Origin: Candidatus Anstonellales archaeon
GTDB lineage: Archaea; Micrarchaeota; Micrarchaeia; Anstonellales; J096
Assembly (NCBI GenBank): GCA_038740615.1
Contig: JAVYLQ010000007.1
Coordinates: forward strand, 1 to 20,462
Direction of reading: 5' to 3'
Length of the DNA stretch: 20,462 nt
Shown here: positions 1 through 7,971 of the stretch, one piece after another
Layout: each line of letters starts with the position of its first letter
How positions within the stretch are numbered: the stretch's first letter is position 1
Translations under genes and position numbers: made by a program
Notes under the pieces: model-generated
The model's database searches: none
Told to the model about the DNA's origin: nothing
The model's input: only the letters and a program-made list of their open reading frames with translations

Positions 1-80
1 CTGCTATAAACAAGGATAAACATATAAGACAATTAATGAGTATGATGGCGGAATATTTAGGTTTGAGTAAGATCGAATAA
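1..80 (+). CDS. Probable 3' end of a gene entering from the left edge (..AINKDKHIRQLMSMMAEYLGLSKIE*)
   Basis: Frame starting at base 3 is open to TAA at 78-80, followed by a second TAA and an AT-rich spacer convergent with lemA. Too short to identify. Confidence 0.4.
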   Translation, partial: AINKDKHIRQLMSMMAEYLGLSKIE

Positions 81-174
81 TAATTAAAAATTAATGCTGG
101 TAAAAGTTTAAACAAAAGGCGAAACGATCAGAGATAATTATAACATAAAAATAAACGCTATAATTATATAGAAT

Positions 175-723
175 TTAGAACTCTACTTTAGGAACTTTTC
201 TCTCTTCCTCAGTTAAACTGAGATTTAGATAACTCTCCTCTCTAAATCCAAATATAATAGCAAACAGGTTGTTTGGAAATATCTTGATAGCGGTATTATA
301 TTTCTGAACAACATCGTTGTAAGACATTCTTGTGGCTGCTAGTTCCTGTTCTAATTTGGATAACTCCTGTTTAAGCACGAGGAAATTTTGATTAGCTTTC
401 AGGTCTGGATAGGCTTCAGCAATTGCAAATACACTCTTCAGAGCCTGTGTTATCATATTTGAAGTATCTATCCTATCCTGAAGACTCTGACTATTTAGAA
501 ATTTGGTTCTAAGTTCTATTATTTGATTTAGAGTTTCTCTCTCATGCTTTACGTATCCTTTTACAGTATTCACTAGGTTAGTAACCAGATCGACCCTCTT
601 TCTCAGTATAACATCTATTTGAGCTAAAGAATTTCTAACCCTCTCTCTAAGCTCAACTAACATATTATATGAGTAAATGGCATATATAATAACTATTAAG
701 GCAACAACTAACAATATGTCCAT
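175..723 (-). CDS. lemA: LemA family membrane protein
   Basis: N-terminal TM helix, then YN.LV..R..V.N..AQIDV.L.KR.DLV.NLVNTVKGY..HE.ETL, AEAYPDLKANQNF..L..EL, YND.V..YNT.I..FP.N..A..FGF: the LemA signature. Confidence 0.96.
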   Translation of the reverse strand: MDILLVVALIVIIYAIYSYNMLVELRERVRNSLAQIDVILRKRVDLVTNLVNTVKGYVKHERETLNQIIELRTKFLNSQSLQDRIDTSNMITQALKSVFAIAEAYPDLKANQNFLVLKQELSKLEQELAATRMSYNDVVQKYNTAIKIFPNNLFAIIFGFREESYLNLSLTEEERKVPKVEF

Positions 724-744
724 GATTTTCTATGAAAAAATAAA

Positions 745-750
745 TTTAAA
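745..750 (-). promoter_or_regulatory. TATA box (TTTAAA) for lemA
   Basis: 21 nt between hexamer and ATG at 723; same motif and similar spacing at other transcription-unit starts in the window. Confidence 0.55.
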
Positions 751-760
751 TTATTGAAGG

Positions 761-1375
761 TTAGAAAGGAATAAATTCTCCCTTTTCTATAACAAACACT
801 ATATTTATAGGTATCTCATGAATTTCCAGATCTACTTCTAGAATATCTAATAATCTTTGGATTACATGATCTTTAGTAGCAGCTAGGGTATATTTATTAT
901 TCTTAGCCATAAACATCGATCTCTTGTGATTTCTTGTGTAGATAAGATCTTTTGTATGAGTATCCAAGATAAACATGCTCCAAGCCCCTTCTCTATTTGT
1001 GAGGTATTCAACTAAATCTGTACCCTGATCTAGCAATCTAGTGAATTCCCAGCTATCACTCCTCCCATTCTGACCTATACCCCTAAACCCTCCATTATGC
1101 ATAACCCAAAATCTCTTACCTATTATGGGTTGCGTGTTTTCCAAATCTATCTCTCCCCTTGTTCTCTTTCTAGTATGGAATATAGCTTCTCTGAAACTCG
1201 TATTATAATTCCACTCTATAAAATTGTTAATATCTATATTTTTACTATAGGATTCTCTATCAAATACCCCACCAATTCCATCAGAGTTTCTAGAATACAT
1301 ATCTTTGAGAATTTCTTCTATTTCATACACATACGTATTTGAGATATTAGAATATATATACAGGAGCTCACACAC
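761..1375 (-). CDS. Stand-alone class II (Ntn) glutamine amidotransferase-like protein
   Basis: GTG start gives Met-Cys2 (Ntn nucleophile). Motifs RNSDGIG, FHTRKRTRG (H.R.AT.G), ENTQP, MHNG, SDS(W)E, GAWS are in class II GATase order; no fused synthase domain. Confidence 0.85.
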   Translation of the reverse strand: MCELLYIYSNISNTYVYEIEEILKDMYSRNSDGIGGVFDRESYSKNIDINNFIEWNYNTSFREAIFHTRKRTRGEIDLENTQPIIGKRFWVMHNGGFRGIGQNGRSDSWEFTRLLDQGTDLVEYLTNREGAWSMFILDTHTKDLIYTRNHKRSMFMAKNNKYTLAATKDHVIQRLLDILEVDLEIHEIPINIVFVIEKGEFIPF

Positions 1376-1399
1376 GTAGTTTATTGATATTTCTAGATA

Positions 1400-1405
1400 T
1401 TTAAA
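1400..1405 (-). promoter_or_regulatory. TATA box (TTTAAA) for the amidotransferase gene
   Basis: 24 nt upstream of GTG at 1375; back-to-back with the tRNA-Gln promoter. Confidence 0.55.
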
Positions 1406-1429
1406 GAATTATATTTGAAACAGATATCG

Positions 1430-1437
1430 TTTAAAAA
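1430..1437 (+). promoter_or_regulatory. TATA box (TTTAAAAA) for tRNA-Gln
   Basis: TTTAAA at 1430-1435, 34 nt before the mature tRNA 5' end. Confidence 0.5.
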
Positions 1438-1469
1438 CATTATCAATATTATTAAGATGCATATAACCA

Positions 1470-1542
1470 AGCCCCGTCGTCTAGTGGTCCAGGATGCGAG
1501 GCTCTGGCCCTCGAGACCCAGGTTCGAATCCTGGCGGGGCTA
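1470..1542 (+). tRNA. tRNA-Gln(CTG), intronless, CCA not encoded
   Basis: Acceptor AGCCCCG/CGGGGCT plus discriminator A; anticodon arm CGAGG-CTCTGGC-CCTCG; T arm CCAGG-TTCGAAT-CCTGG. The A1-U72 pair is typical of archaeal tRNA-Gln. Confidence 0.97.
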
Positions 1543-1575
1543 TTTGTTAAAAAAAGAGAACAAATTGAGGAAAAT

Positions 1576-2634
1576 TTATACGTGTGTGAATACTAGTGTA
1601 GATCTGTCTATCGATAATAGAGGATTCTTAAATTTTCTTGAAAGTGCATATAGCCTGAGTTCTATAGATGTAGATATCTCATACCATGCTAAATATTCTT
1701 CCTCTTTTCCAATAGCTCTAGCAGCTACATACTGTGCACCAGTTCTACCTAGGTTATAGTAGTGATTATTAAGAGCTGTGTTATAGTATAGGAATCTTTT
1801 TAACTCTCTTATTGCAAATGAGTATGGTTGTAATCTCAGTATATAGAAATCATTAAATTTGAAGTTGCTTGGCCTAAGGCCGTTAATATCTGCATATGTT
1901 GACATTCCATCTAGAACATATATAGGAATTCGATATACATCGGTTCGTTTCTTTATCATGAATCTCCTAGGCATAGTAAGGTCTAGAAAGTTTAAAGGTG
2001 TTTGATTAGATGTATCTTCATTTATTATTGCTGTGAAAAACACGTGGTTTTTAGGACTATTAGCAGGTCCTAGGTAGAAATCCACTGGAATCGTTTTCTC
2101 ATCAGTTTTCAAATGCTTTGTATAGATTCTACTTAATACGTTCCTAGCTATTAAATATTCTTTCAATGTAGAATCCGATGAAACTAGCTTGTTATACTCT
2201 TCTATAGTTAAATCATCCATTGCTTTACTTACCTTTTCTACGGTTTTGACCATATCATCAGAGTCAATATCATTGTTTTTCACTCTATTCATAACTACAG
2301 CGCCTATCCCTCCTGGCATGAGCATGAACACAACTATATAATCTAGAATATTATATGTGTTGCCTTCTGGACCAGCTTCTAGCTTGTAGTGGATTACATT
2401 CAATGGCTTCTCGATATTCATTGCTACATAGGTCTCGAACATATTTGGATTCATGTCAGGAGTCACTCTGGAAGTGTTGGTTGCTGGAACACAACTAGGT
2501 AGGGATAATAGTGCTGCTGATCCTAGAGCTAATTTTAGGAAAGCTCTTCTATCGATAGATCTATCTAGAGAAGTTTCTAGAGATACTTTACTGTTCTGAA
2601 TCTGCTCAGATTTAAGGTTCTGTTGGTGTTTCAT
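1576..2634 (-). CDS. Hypothetical exported lipoprotein with twin-arginine signal
   Basis: IDRRAFLK matches S/TRRxFLK, followed by hydrophobic LALGSAALLSL and lipobox-like LPSC, then a Pro/Thr linker. Mature part not recognised. Confidence 0.75.
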   Translation of the reverse strand: MKHQQNLKSEQIQNSKVSLETSLDRSIDRRAFLKLALGSAALLSLPSCVPATNTSRVTPDMNPNMFETYVAMNIEKPLNVIHYKLEAGPEGNTYNILDYIVVFMLMPGGIGAVVMNRVKNNDIDSDDMVKTVEKVSKAMDDLTIEEYNKLVSSDSTLKEYLIARNVLSRIYTKHLKTDEKTIPVDFYLGPANSPKNHVFFTAIINEDTSNQTPLNFLDLTMPRRFMIKKRTDVYRIPIYVLDGMSTYADINGLRPSNFKFNDFYILRLQPYSFAIRELKRFLYYNTALNNHYYNLGRTGAQYVAARAIGKEEEYLAWYEISTSIELRLYALSRKFKNPLLSIDRSTLVFTHV

Positions 2635-2657
2635 GTTAAATAGATGGGAAAATATCT

Positions 2658-2663
2658 TTTAAA
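2658..2663 (-). promoter_or_regulatory. TATA box (TTTAAA) for the Tat-lipoprotein gene
   Basis: 23 nt upstream of ATG at 2634. Confidence 0.55.
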
Positions 2664-2748
2664 AATTAATCCTGTGGTCAAATACAAGACGAAAAAATCA
2701 TTTATCTAGCCAAATATTCTTCTGCATTAATAGATCTTCTCTTATGGG

Positions 2749-2769
2749 AAAAGTAAAAAAAAATAAAAA
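2749..2769 (-). terminator. Archaeal oligo(T) terminator after the cellulase gene
   Basis: Minus strand reads TTTTTATTTTTTTTTACTTTT starting about 15 nt after the TAG at 2784. Confidence 0.6.
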
Positions 2770-2783
2770 GTGAAATACTATTG

Positions 2784-5564
2784 CTAGCGGCTTGCGCAGA
2801 ATCCAAAGCTTGTAGATGCTCCAGGTGCTAATACATTGTTCCAGGATGCACCTCTAAACACTAGGTTTGATCCTGAAGATACAAGCTCAGAATTCCAGTT
2901 ACTGTTTATAGTAGCTATACCATAGTTCGATCTAGGTATAGTTACCTGCCATGTTACTCGCTGAGAGTGCTGATTGTGTACGTCCACCTTAGCACAGAAC
3001 CCACTACCCCAATCTGATGTAATAGTTAATGTATAACTTACTTCAGTGGCGCTTACACTATCAGTATTCCAAGAACCGCAGAATCCAAAACTAGTGGATT
3101 GACCAGGATTGAGGAGATTGTTCCAGTGAGCTCCTGTGAATTCATATCCAGAACCACTAGGTGTAGGATTAGCATTCCATGCATTATTGATGGTAAATGG
3201 CATAGCTAGTTCTACATAAGTAGACCAGTAAACTGGTGTATTGAGATTATTTGTAACAGTAACTTCTGCGCAGAATCCACTACCCCAATCTGAAGTTATT
3301 CTAGCTGTATTAGGTAAGCTCTGATATATAGGTGGTGTCACATTTCCATTTGATTCTCCTGAGGAACTGTTGTTATTTGAAGAGTTATTACTAGAGTTAT
3401 TTGATCCACTAGAATTGTTGTTACTAGGTGGAGTTGTATTTGAATCATCTGAAGAATTGTTCAGTGAAGGTAGTGTAGATCCTAATTCCACGGAGAATTT
3501 GCTAAAGTTGTAGAATAGTTTCTGGGCAGTGGTTGAAGGAGATCCATATTCTGTACCAACCTCTATATTTTGCACATACATAGCATCTAATTGAGTTCTT
3601 GATTTGGTAGAGTATTGATATGTTAAATCTAAGAAAGTTTTCAAGTTGAACGATACTGTAGCTGCTAACATAGGAGTTTTAGATCTGAATGCAATATATT
3701 CCCAACCTATGTACCCTCTCCATACTTCAAACTCCATGTTAGTTAATACTCCATTCATGTACACAGGAACAACTACATCTCCTATCTTAGAACCCGCTGG
3801 ATTCAATCCATTATAATAAAACCATATCATTACTTCCACGTCTCCTGAGGCTACTCCTGAAGTAGGTCTGTATGTATTTGTTATCCATGTTTCAAATGCT
3901 AGATTTATTGGTCCGTCTGTGTATATACTGTAGGTTAGATTAACAGTCATATCTGGGAACTCGCTCATTCTCTTAGGAAATACATTTAGCTCATCGGCTA
4001 GCATTCCATTCCAAGGCTTGTTACCCACAAATATCTCTGGATATCCGTGTACCCAAGATCCAGGACTTATTAGAACGATATCATTTAGATCCTGCTCATA
4101 TCGTATTACTCCATTTTCATAGCACATCCTTGCATATCCTCTAGAGGACTGAATATTCCAAGGATTCACTTCCATAACGAAATCATATCTACCATTACCA
4201 TCACTATCTATATATGCTGATGGCCATCTCTCCTGTGGATAACTTATCAAGATGCCAGAACAGTCGGATCCACTAGGCTGGCTTGGAGCTGTGGTGTTAT
4301 TAGTTGTATTACTAGATTGACTGGAGGTAGTATTAGAAGGTGTTGTATTGCTAATAACTCCTGCTAGTGCATCTTGTTTAGAGACTAGACCTGAACAGTA
4401 ATCCATTAATCTCTTAAGATTGTTGTACTTTGCAATCTTCACACTATTCCAATCATCAGCTAGTATCCCTCCTGTATCTCCACTGTTAGGATTCCAGGAC
4501 CAGTAGAAGAAAGAACAGTAATCATTTAGAATCATCCAATCTACTATAGCTTTCTGCCATATTATATCGTTAGGATCATGTTCTCCGTACTTTCCTCCAA
4601 ACTCACCTATTATCACAGGTTTTCCTAATTCATCCTTTACATATCCAAAGTGCCTGTACCATATCTGTGGAAGATTATTAGGGAAATTCGGATCTGAGAA
4701 GTAAGGCTGCTGATATACATCTGGTCCATATACATGAGGGGAGTAGACTAGCTTATTAGCTGGAAGATTTACTGGATAATCTCTAACAGCCATCAGGTTT
4801 CCTCCCCACCAAGCATTTAATCCATACTGATAGGAACTATCTGTAGTTGGATTGGTTGCATAGGTTCCTTCGACAAAGATCAACCAGTGTGGGGCTTCCT
4901 GCAATATAGCATTACCTATTCTTTCTGCTGCCAGATTCCAATCAGTTGTCGGATTATAACCCCATGTTGAACCTGTTGTATATGGAGCATTCCCATTACT
5001 GTGTGGCTCATTCTTCAGATCGGCTCCTATAACATTGCTGAAGTTTTTGAATTCTCTAGCTACAATTCTCCAAGTCTGTATAAAATCAGATTCTGGATAA
5101 TCTTGAGTGTACCATAAAGGCTCTATGTAGTTACATCCGATCCTGTGATAATCCAGTAATACATATATACCTCTTGCTTCAGCCTCTGCAACGATCTTTT
5201 TCATAATCTGTAGAGGACTCAGACCTACTAGATCTAGATTTTTTGAATAATCTATTGTAGTTGGCAATCCACCCTGCCTTATTGATGCTCTACAGAAAGG
5301 AAGTCTTATAGCATTAAACCCTAGAGATTTTATCTGGTCTAGCATATCTCTGTAATTTCTACTCCATAGTCCATGCACTACCCTATCTGGTGTTTCAAAA
5401 CCAAACCAATTCACTCCATAGAGCTTGAGATGTTGAATGGTACCATTTGGATACTGAACATATACCTCAGTGCCGTTTACGAAATAATTGGGAACTGTTG
5501 CATTACTATAGATTACTAGCAATCCTATCATTCCAAAGAATAGAACTGTAAAATTACTATTCAT
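2784..5564 (-). CDS. Secreted multidomain endoglucanase/cellulase: signal peptide-GH5-linker-GH12-linker-CBM2-CBM2
   Basis: GH5 (about aa 25-390): GVNWFGFET, HGLW, GFNAIRLPF, LLDYH, DLKNEPH (E186), YSPHVYGPDV, IGEFGG (E321), YWSWNPNSGDTGG. GH12 (about aa 437-695): EVNPWN, WVHGYPEI..G.KPW, NLAFETW, GDVEVMIW (E577), EVGTE (E672). Two CBM2 repeats SDWGSGFCA...WN...WN..L.PG.STSFGFC. Confidence 0.93.
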   Translation of the reverse strand: MNSNFTVLFFGMIGLLVIYSNATVPNYFVNGTEVYVQYPNGTIQHLKLYGVNWFGFETPDRVVHGLWSRNYRDMLDQIKSLGFNAIRLPFCRASIRQGGLPTTIDYSKNLDLVGLSPLQIMKKIVAEAEARGIYVLLDYHRIGCNYIEPLWYTQDYPESDFIQTWRIVAREFKNFSNVIGADLKNEPHSNGNAPYTTGSTWGYNPTTDWNLAAERIGNAILQEAPHWLIFVEGTYATNPTTDSSYQYGLNAWWGGNLMAVRDYPVNLPANKLVYSPHVYGPDVYQQPYFSDPNFPNNLPQIWYRHFGYVKDELGKPVIIGEFGGKYGEHDPNDIIWQKAIVDWMILNDYCSFFYWSWNPNSGDTGGILADDWNSVKIAKYNNLKRLMDYCSGLVSKQDALAGVISNTTPSNTTSSQSSNTTNNTTAPSQPSGSDCSGILISYPQERWPSAYIDSDGNGRYDFVMEVNPWNIQSSRGYARMCYENGVIRYEQDLNDIVLISPGSWVHGYPEIFVGNKPWNGMLADELNVFPKRMSEFPDMTVNLTYSIYTDGPINLAFETWITNTYRPTSGVASGDVEVMIWFYYNGLNPAGSKIGDVVVPVYMNGVLTNMEFEVWRGYIGWEYIAFRSKTPMLAATVSFNLKTFLDLTYQYSTKSRTQLDAMYVQNIEVGTEYGSPSTTAQKLFYNFSKFSVELGSTLPSLNNSSDDSNTTPPSNNNSSGSNNSSNNSSNNNSSSGESNGNVTPPIYQSLPNTARITSDWGSGFCAEVTVTNNLNTPVYWSTYVELAMPFTINNAWNANPTPSGSGYEFTGAHWNNLLNPGQSTSFGFCGSWNTDSVSATEVSYTLTITSDWGSGFCAKVDVHNQHSQRVTWQVTIPRSNYGIATINSNWNSELVSSGSNLVFRGASWNNVLAPGASTSFGFCASR
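2790..3305 (-). repeat. Tandem duplication of a CBM2 module inside the cellulase gene
   Basis: CAGAA(T/C)CCACTACCCCAATCTGA at 3271-3293 and 2995-3017; CGCAGAATCCAAA at 3077-3089 and 2795-2807; matching protein repeats. Confidence 0.85.
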
Positions 5565-5591
5565 GAAATATTAATATTATACTCTAACTAT

Positions 5592-5597
5592 TTTAAA
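5592..5597 (-). promoter_or_regulatory. TATA box (TTTAAA) for the cellulase gene
   Basis: 27 nt upstream of ATG at 5564. Confidence 0.5.
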
Positions 5598-5646
5598 GCT
5601 ATCATATGATGCATTCAATAGTCAGAAAAATAAACAGGAAGTAAAT

Positions 5647-6588
5647 CTAGATTAACAATTTAAGAATCGACTCTTTTGCATATCTATATGTGTTTAGGTT
5701 TATACACTCTAATGAGCTGTGTAAGTATCTAACCCCATAGACTATTGATATAGCTCTCTCCCCCATCCTATATAGTGTAGTAGCATCAGTTACCTCATAT
5801 TTAGATCTGGTTTCAATTTTAGTATCCGCAATCCTTCTAGCCAATTCCTGAAGATTCTCTGGAGCTATATTCCCCCTTCCCCCTCCTTCAATAGGTATAT
5901 ACCCTAATCTATTCTCATCTATTCCAATAGAATCTGCATGTTGATCAGATGTTGAGTATATAACATCTAAGACTATGAAATTTGGGTTATTTATTCTAGA
6001 TTTTACATATCGAATAGCTTCTTCTAATCTTGTAGTCCCCTGTTCCTCCCCATGAGTTAGTATAAAGTTTATATCATACTCTCTTGCCAACTCTAATAAT
6101 AATATCACATTAGCTCTATTATCCAGAGCTCTTGAGAAAAGCTTATCTCCAGATAAAATAACTCTATTCTCAAAAGTAAATGGCCATAATGGGGGTAGAT
6201 CAACATCCTCTAGTATTTCAAGAAACAATCTTCTTTCAGAGGAATCTGTATGAGGCATAGGACTAGATCCTATAGCTATGATCTTCCTATCATTATACAG
6301 AGTTTGGAATACTTTACCATAACCGTTTTCTGGTGATATCAGTCCCATAGGTATTGTTCGGTATATATCTCTTGCATATCGATTATCAACAACAAAACCT
6401 ATTTCATCATAATGGGCTAAAAATACTATATTGCTCTTAGTAGAACTCAGATGTACTAGATTTAGTCCAGATTTCTCCACAGATATTCCAAAATCTCTAT
6501 TTATCATAGATGCAAATCTATCTATAAATAGTCCTTCAAAACCAGTTACCAGAGGCAAATCGTTTATCCTTTTCAAATACTCTATCAT
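5647..6588 (-). CDS. M42-family (M20/M28 clan) dinuclear metallopeptidase/amidohydrolase, divergent
   Basis: Metal and catalytic motifs in M42 order: LAHYDEIGF, RALDNR, GEEQG, LDV, RYLHSS.E. ATGA overlap with the upstream gene and GGTGA SD at 6596-6600. Confidence 0.85.
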   Translation of the reverse strand: MIEYLKRINDLPLVTGFEGLFIDRFASMINRDFGISVEKSGLNLVHLSSTKSNIVFLAHYDEIGFVVDNRYARDIYRTIPMGLISPENGYGKVFQTLYNDRKIIAIGSSPMPHTDSSERRLFLEILEDVDLPPLWPFTFENRVILSGDKLFSRALDNRANVILLLELAREYDINFILTHGEEQGTTRLEEAIRYVKSRINNPNFIVLDVIYSTSDQHADSIGIDENRLGYIPIEGGGRGNIAPENLQELARRIADTKIETRSKYEVTDATTLYRMGERAISIVYGVRYLHSSLECINLNTYRYAKESILKLLI

Positions 6589-7949
6589 ATATCTTTCACC
6601 ATACTTATTTTACCTCTGTTCATTTCCATCTGATGATTGATATTGTAATACATTGTATACCCATCTGAACTGGATTCAATCTGTTCTAGCACATCTATCA
6701 GATGCTTGAATGAGATACTTTCCAATTTTGGTTCTAGTTCCTCTCTCTCCATGGATATGATTCTAACATACCTAGCCTTTAGAGATTTTGCTAGTTCGTA
6801 AAATACTCTGTCTACTAATCCTCCCGTCATTACGTTCACTCCTCCCCAGTCACCTTCGATGAAATACAGATTTTCAATTGCATCAATATTCATTTTACCA
6901 ACTAATTCGCTTAGATAGAGACGCATGTTTAATTCATCTTTGATAGTTCTTGTGAATGCATCTATGAACTCAGCTCTAACATCACTTATATATCTCCTCA
7001 CTGTCAGTGCATTCAATATAGAATATATGTAATTCAGTATAATAACTGGATATTTGAATGATACTAATTCTTTCTCTTCTATTATCTGTTTGAGAGATTT
7101 CACATGATATTCATATTTTTTCCCAACATTACCAAGCTCTCTGGAGTAAGGGGTTATTATCAATCTGTTACTCCTGATCTCGATCCTTGTTGGGCTGTTG
7201 TAGTAACCATCAACATCAAACATTATAGGTAGAGAATATGTAGGGAATAGTTTGGCCTCCTCATCACTTAATACACTTCTGAACATGTTCTCAAGGAATC
7301 TCTCCAGCGTTTTCATAATATTGGAATGTATAATTAGACGATCAACGAAAGCTAGTACTGTCTCTTTACTAAAATTACTATCTGGAACTGATATTGGTAC
7401 TATATTCAGATTCTGCTTCATATTATCTTTAATCCCCAGATACTCAAGTGTATAATTGATTAGAAAAAGTGTAGCTTCAGTATCGAATAGCTTCATACTG
7501 ATTCCTTCTTTCTCTCCAATCCTCTCCATGAACTTTTTATAATCCTGTTCTGCATTGTTCTTCTGTATACTTCTAAAGCCCTTAAAAATTTCCTCTTGGT
7601 GAGATAGGAGCAACCTACCTAGATTATGGTGCTCTACTATGCTTAAAGCATTCTTAGAGGGTGTTAGCTCAAGAGGAAACACCTCCTCAACCCATACATT
7701 GAATTTTTTATCTGTATCTTTGGATTGGAATGTTCTTGGATAGTTGTATTCTCTGGTCGAAACTAATGAATCAATCACTGGAAACATTATAACATATCTA
7801 TTCTTCCTCAGTAGTTCAAGGGCCAACTTGCTTGCCTGTACTATATTCTGCACAGGAGAATCGATATAGATCCTATCTTTGTATTTTGTAATATTCCAGG
7901 CTCCTCTCCCCTCAAAAATTATAACGTCTCTACTTTTAGTAGTATTCAT
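6585..7949 (-). CDS. Hypothetical cytoplasmic protein, 454 aa
   Basis: Long ORF, TTTAAA box at 7971-7976 (21 nt upstream), translationally coupled to the M42 gene. No signal peptide or confidently recognised family. Confidence 0.8.
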   Translation of the reverse strand: MNTTKSRDVIIFEGRGAWNITKYKDRIYIDSPVQNIVQASKLALELLRKNRYVIMFPVIDSLVSTREYNYPRTFQSKDTDKKFNVWVEEVFPLELTPSKNALSIVEHHNLGRLLLSHQEEIFKGFRSIQKNNAEQDYKKFMERIGEKEGISMKLFDTEATLFLINYTLEYLGIKDNMKQNLNIVPISVPDSNFSKETVLAFVDRLIIHSNIMKTLERFLENMFRSVLSDEEAKLFPTYSLPIMFDVDGYYNSPTRIEIRSNRLIITPYSRELGNVGKKYEYHVKSLKQIIEEKELVSFKYPVIILNYIYSILNALTVRRYISDVRAEFIDAFTRTIKDELNMRLYLSELVGKMNIDAIENLYFIEGDWGGVNVMTGGLVDRVFYELAKSLKARYVRIISMEREELEPKLESISFKHLIDVLEQIESSSDGYTMYYNINHQMEMNRGKISMVKDI

Positions 7950-7971
7950 AAGTTTAAATGGAATAATAGTT

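Noticed and set aside
1415..1759. 114-aa + strand ORF
   Set aside because: Runs through tRNA-Gln and antisense to the Tat-lipoprotein gene; shadow ORF.
2644..2752. ATGGGAAAA repeated at 2644-2652 and 2744-2752
   Set aside because: Nine bases in AT-rich intergenic DNA, and the second copy overlaps the terminator; compatible with chance.
2790..3470. CRISPR-like or non-coding repeat array
   Set aside because: Repeats are in-frame parts of the CBM2 duplication and the Asn/Ser linker; only two copies and no spacer periodicity.
1543..5600. Integrated element or genomic island at tRNA-Gln
   Set aside because: No integrase or transposase, no second copy of the tRNA 3' end in the window, and native-type promoters on both genes.
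5647..6588. Calling the M42 protein an endoglucanase ('cellulase M') because it neighbours a cellulase
   Set aside because: That label is a known misannotation of M42 aminopeptidases. The motifs are those of a dinuclear metallopeptidase, and the cellulase has its own promoter.
6585..7949. Missing aclA subunit downstream of aclB
   Set aside because: No CoA-binding Rossmann motif, no FGHAGA phospho-His loop and no GIGHR citrate-synthase-like motif.
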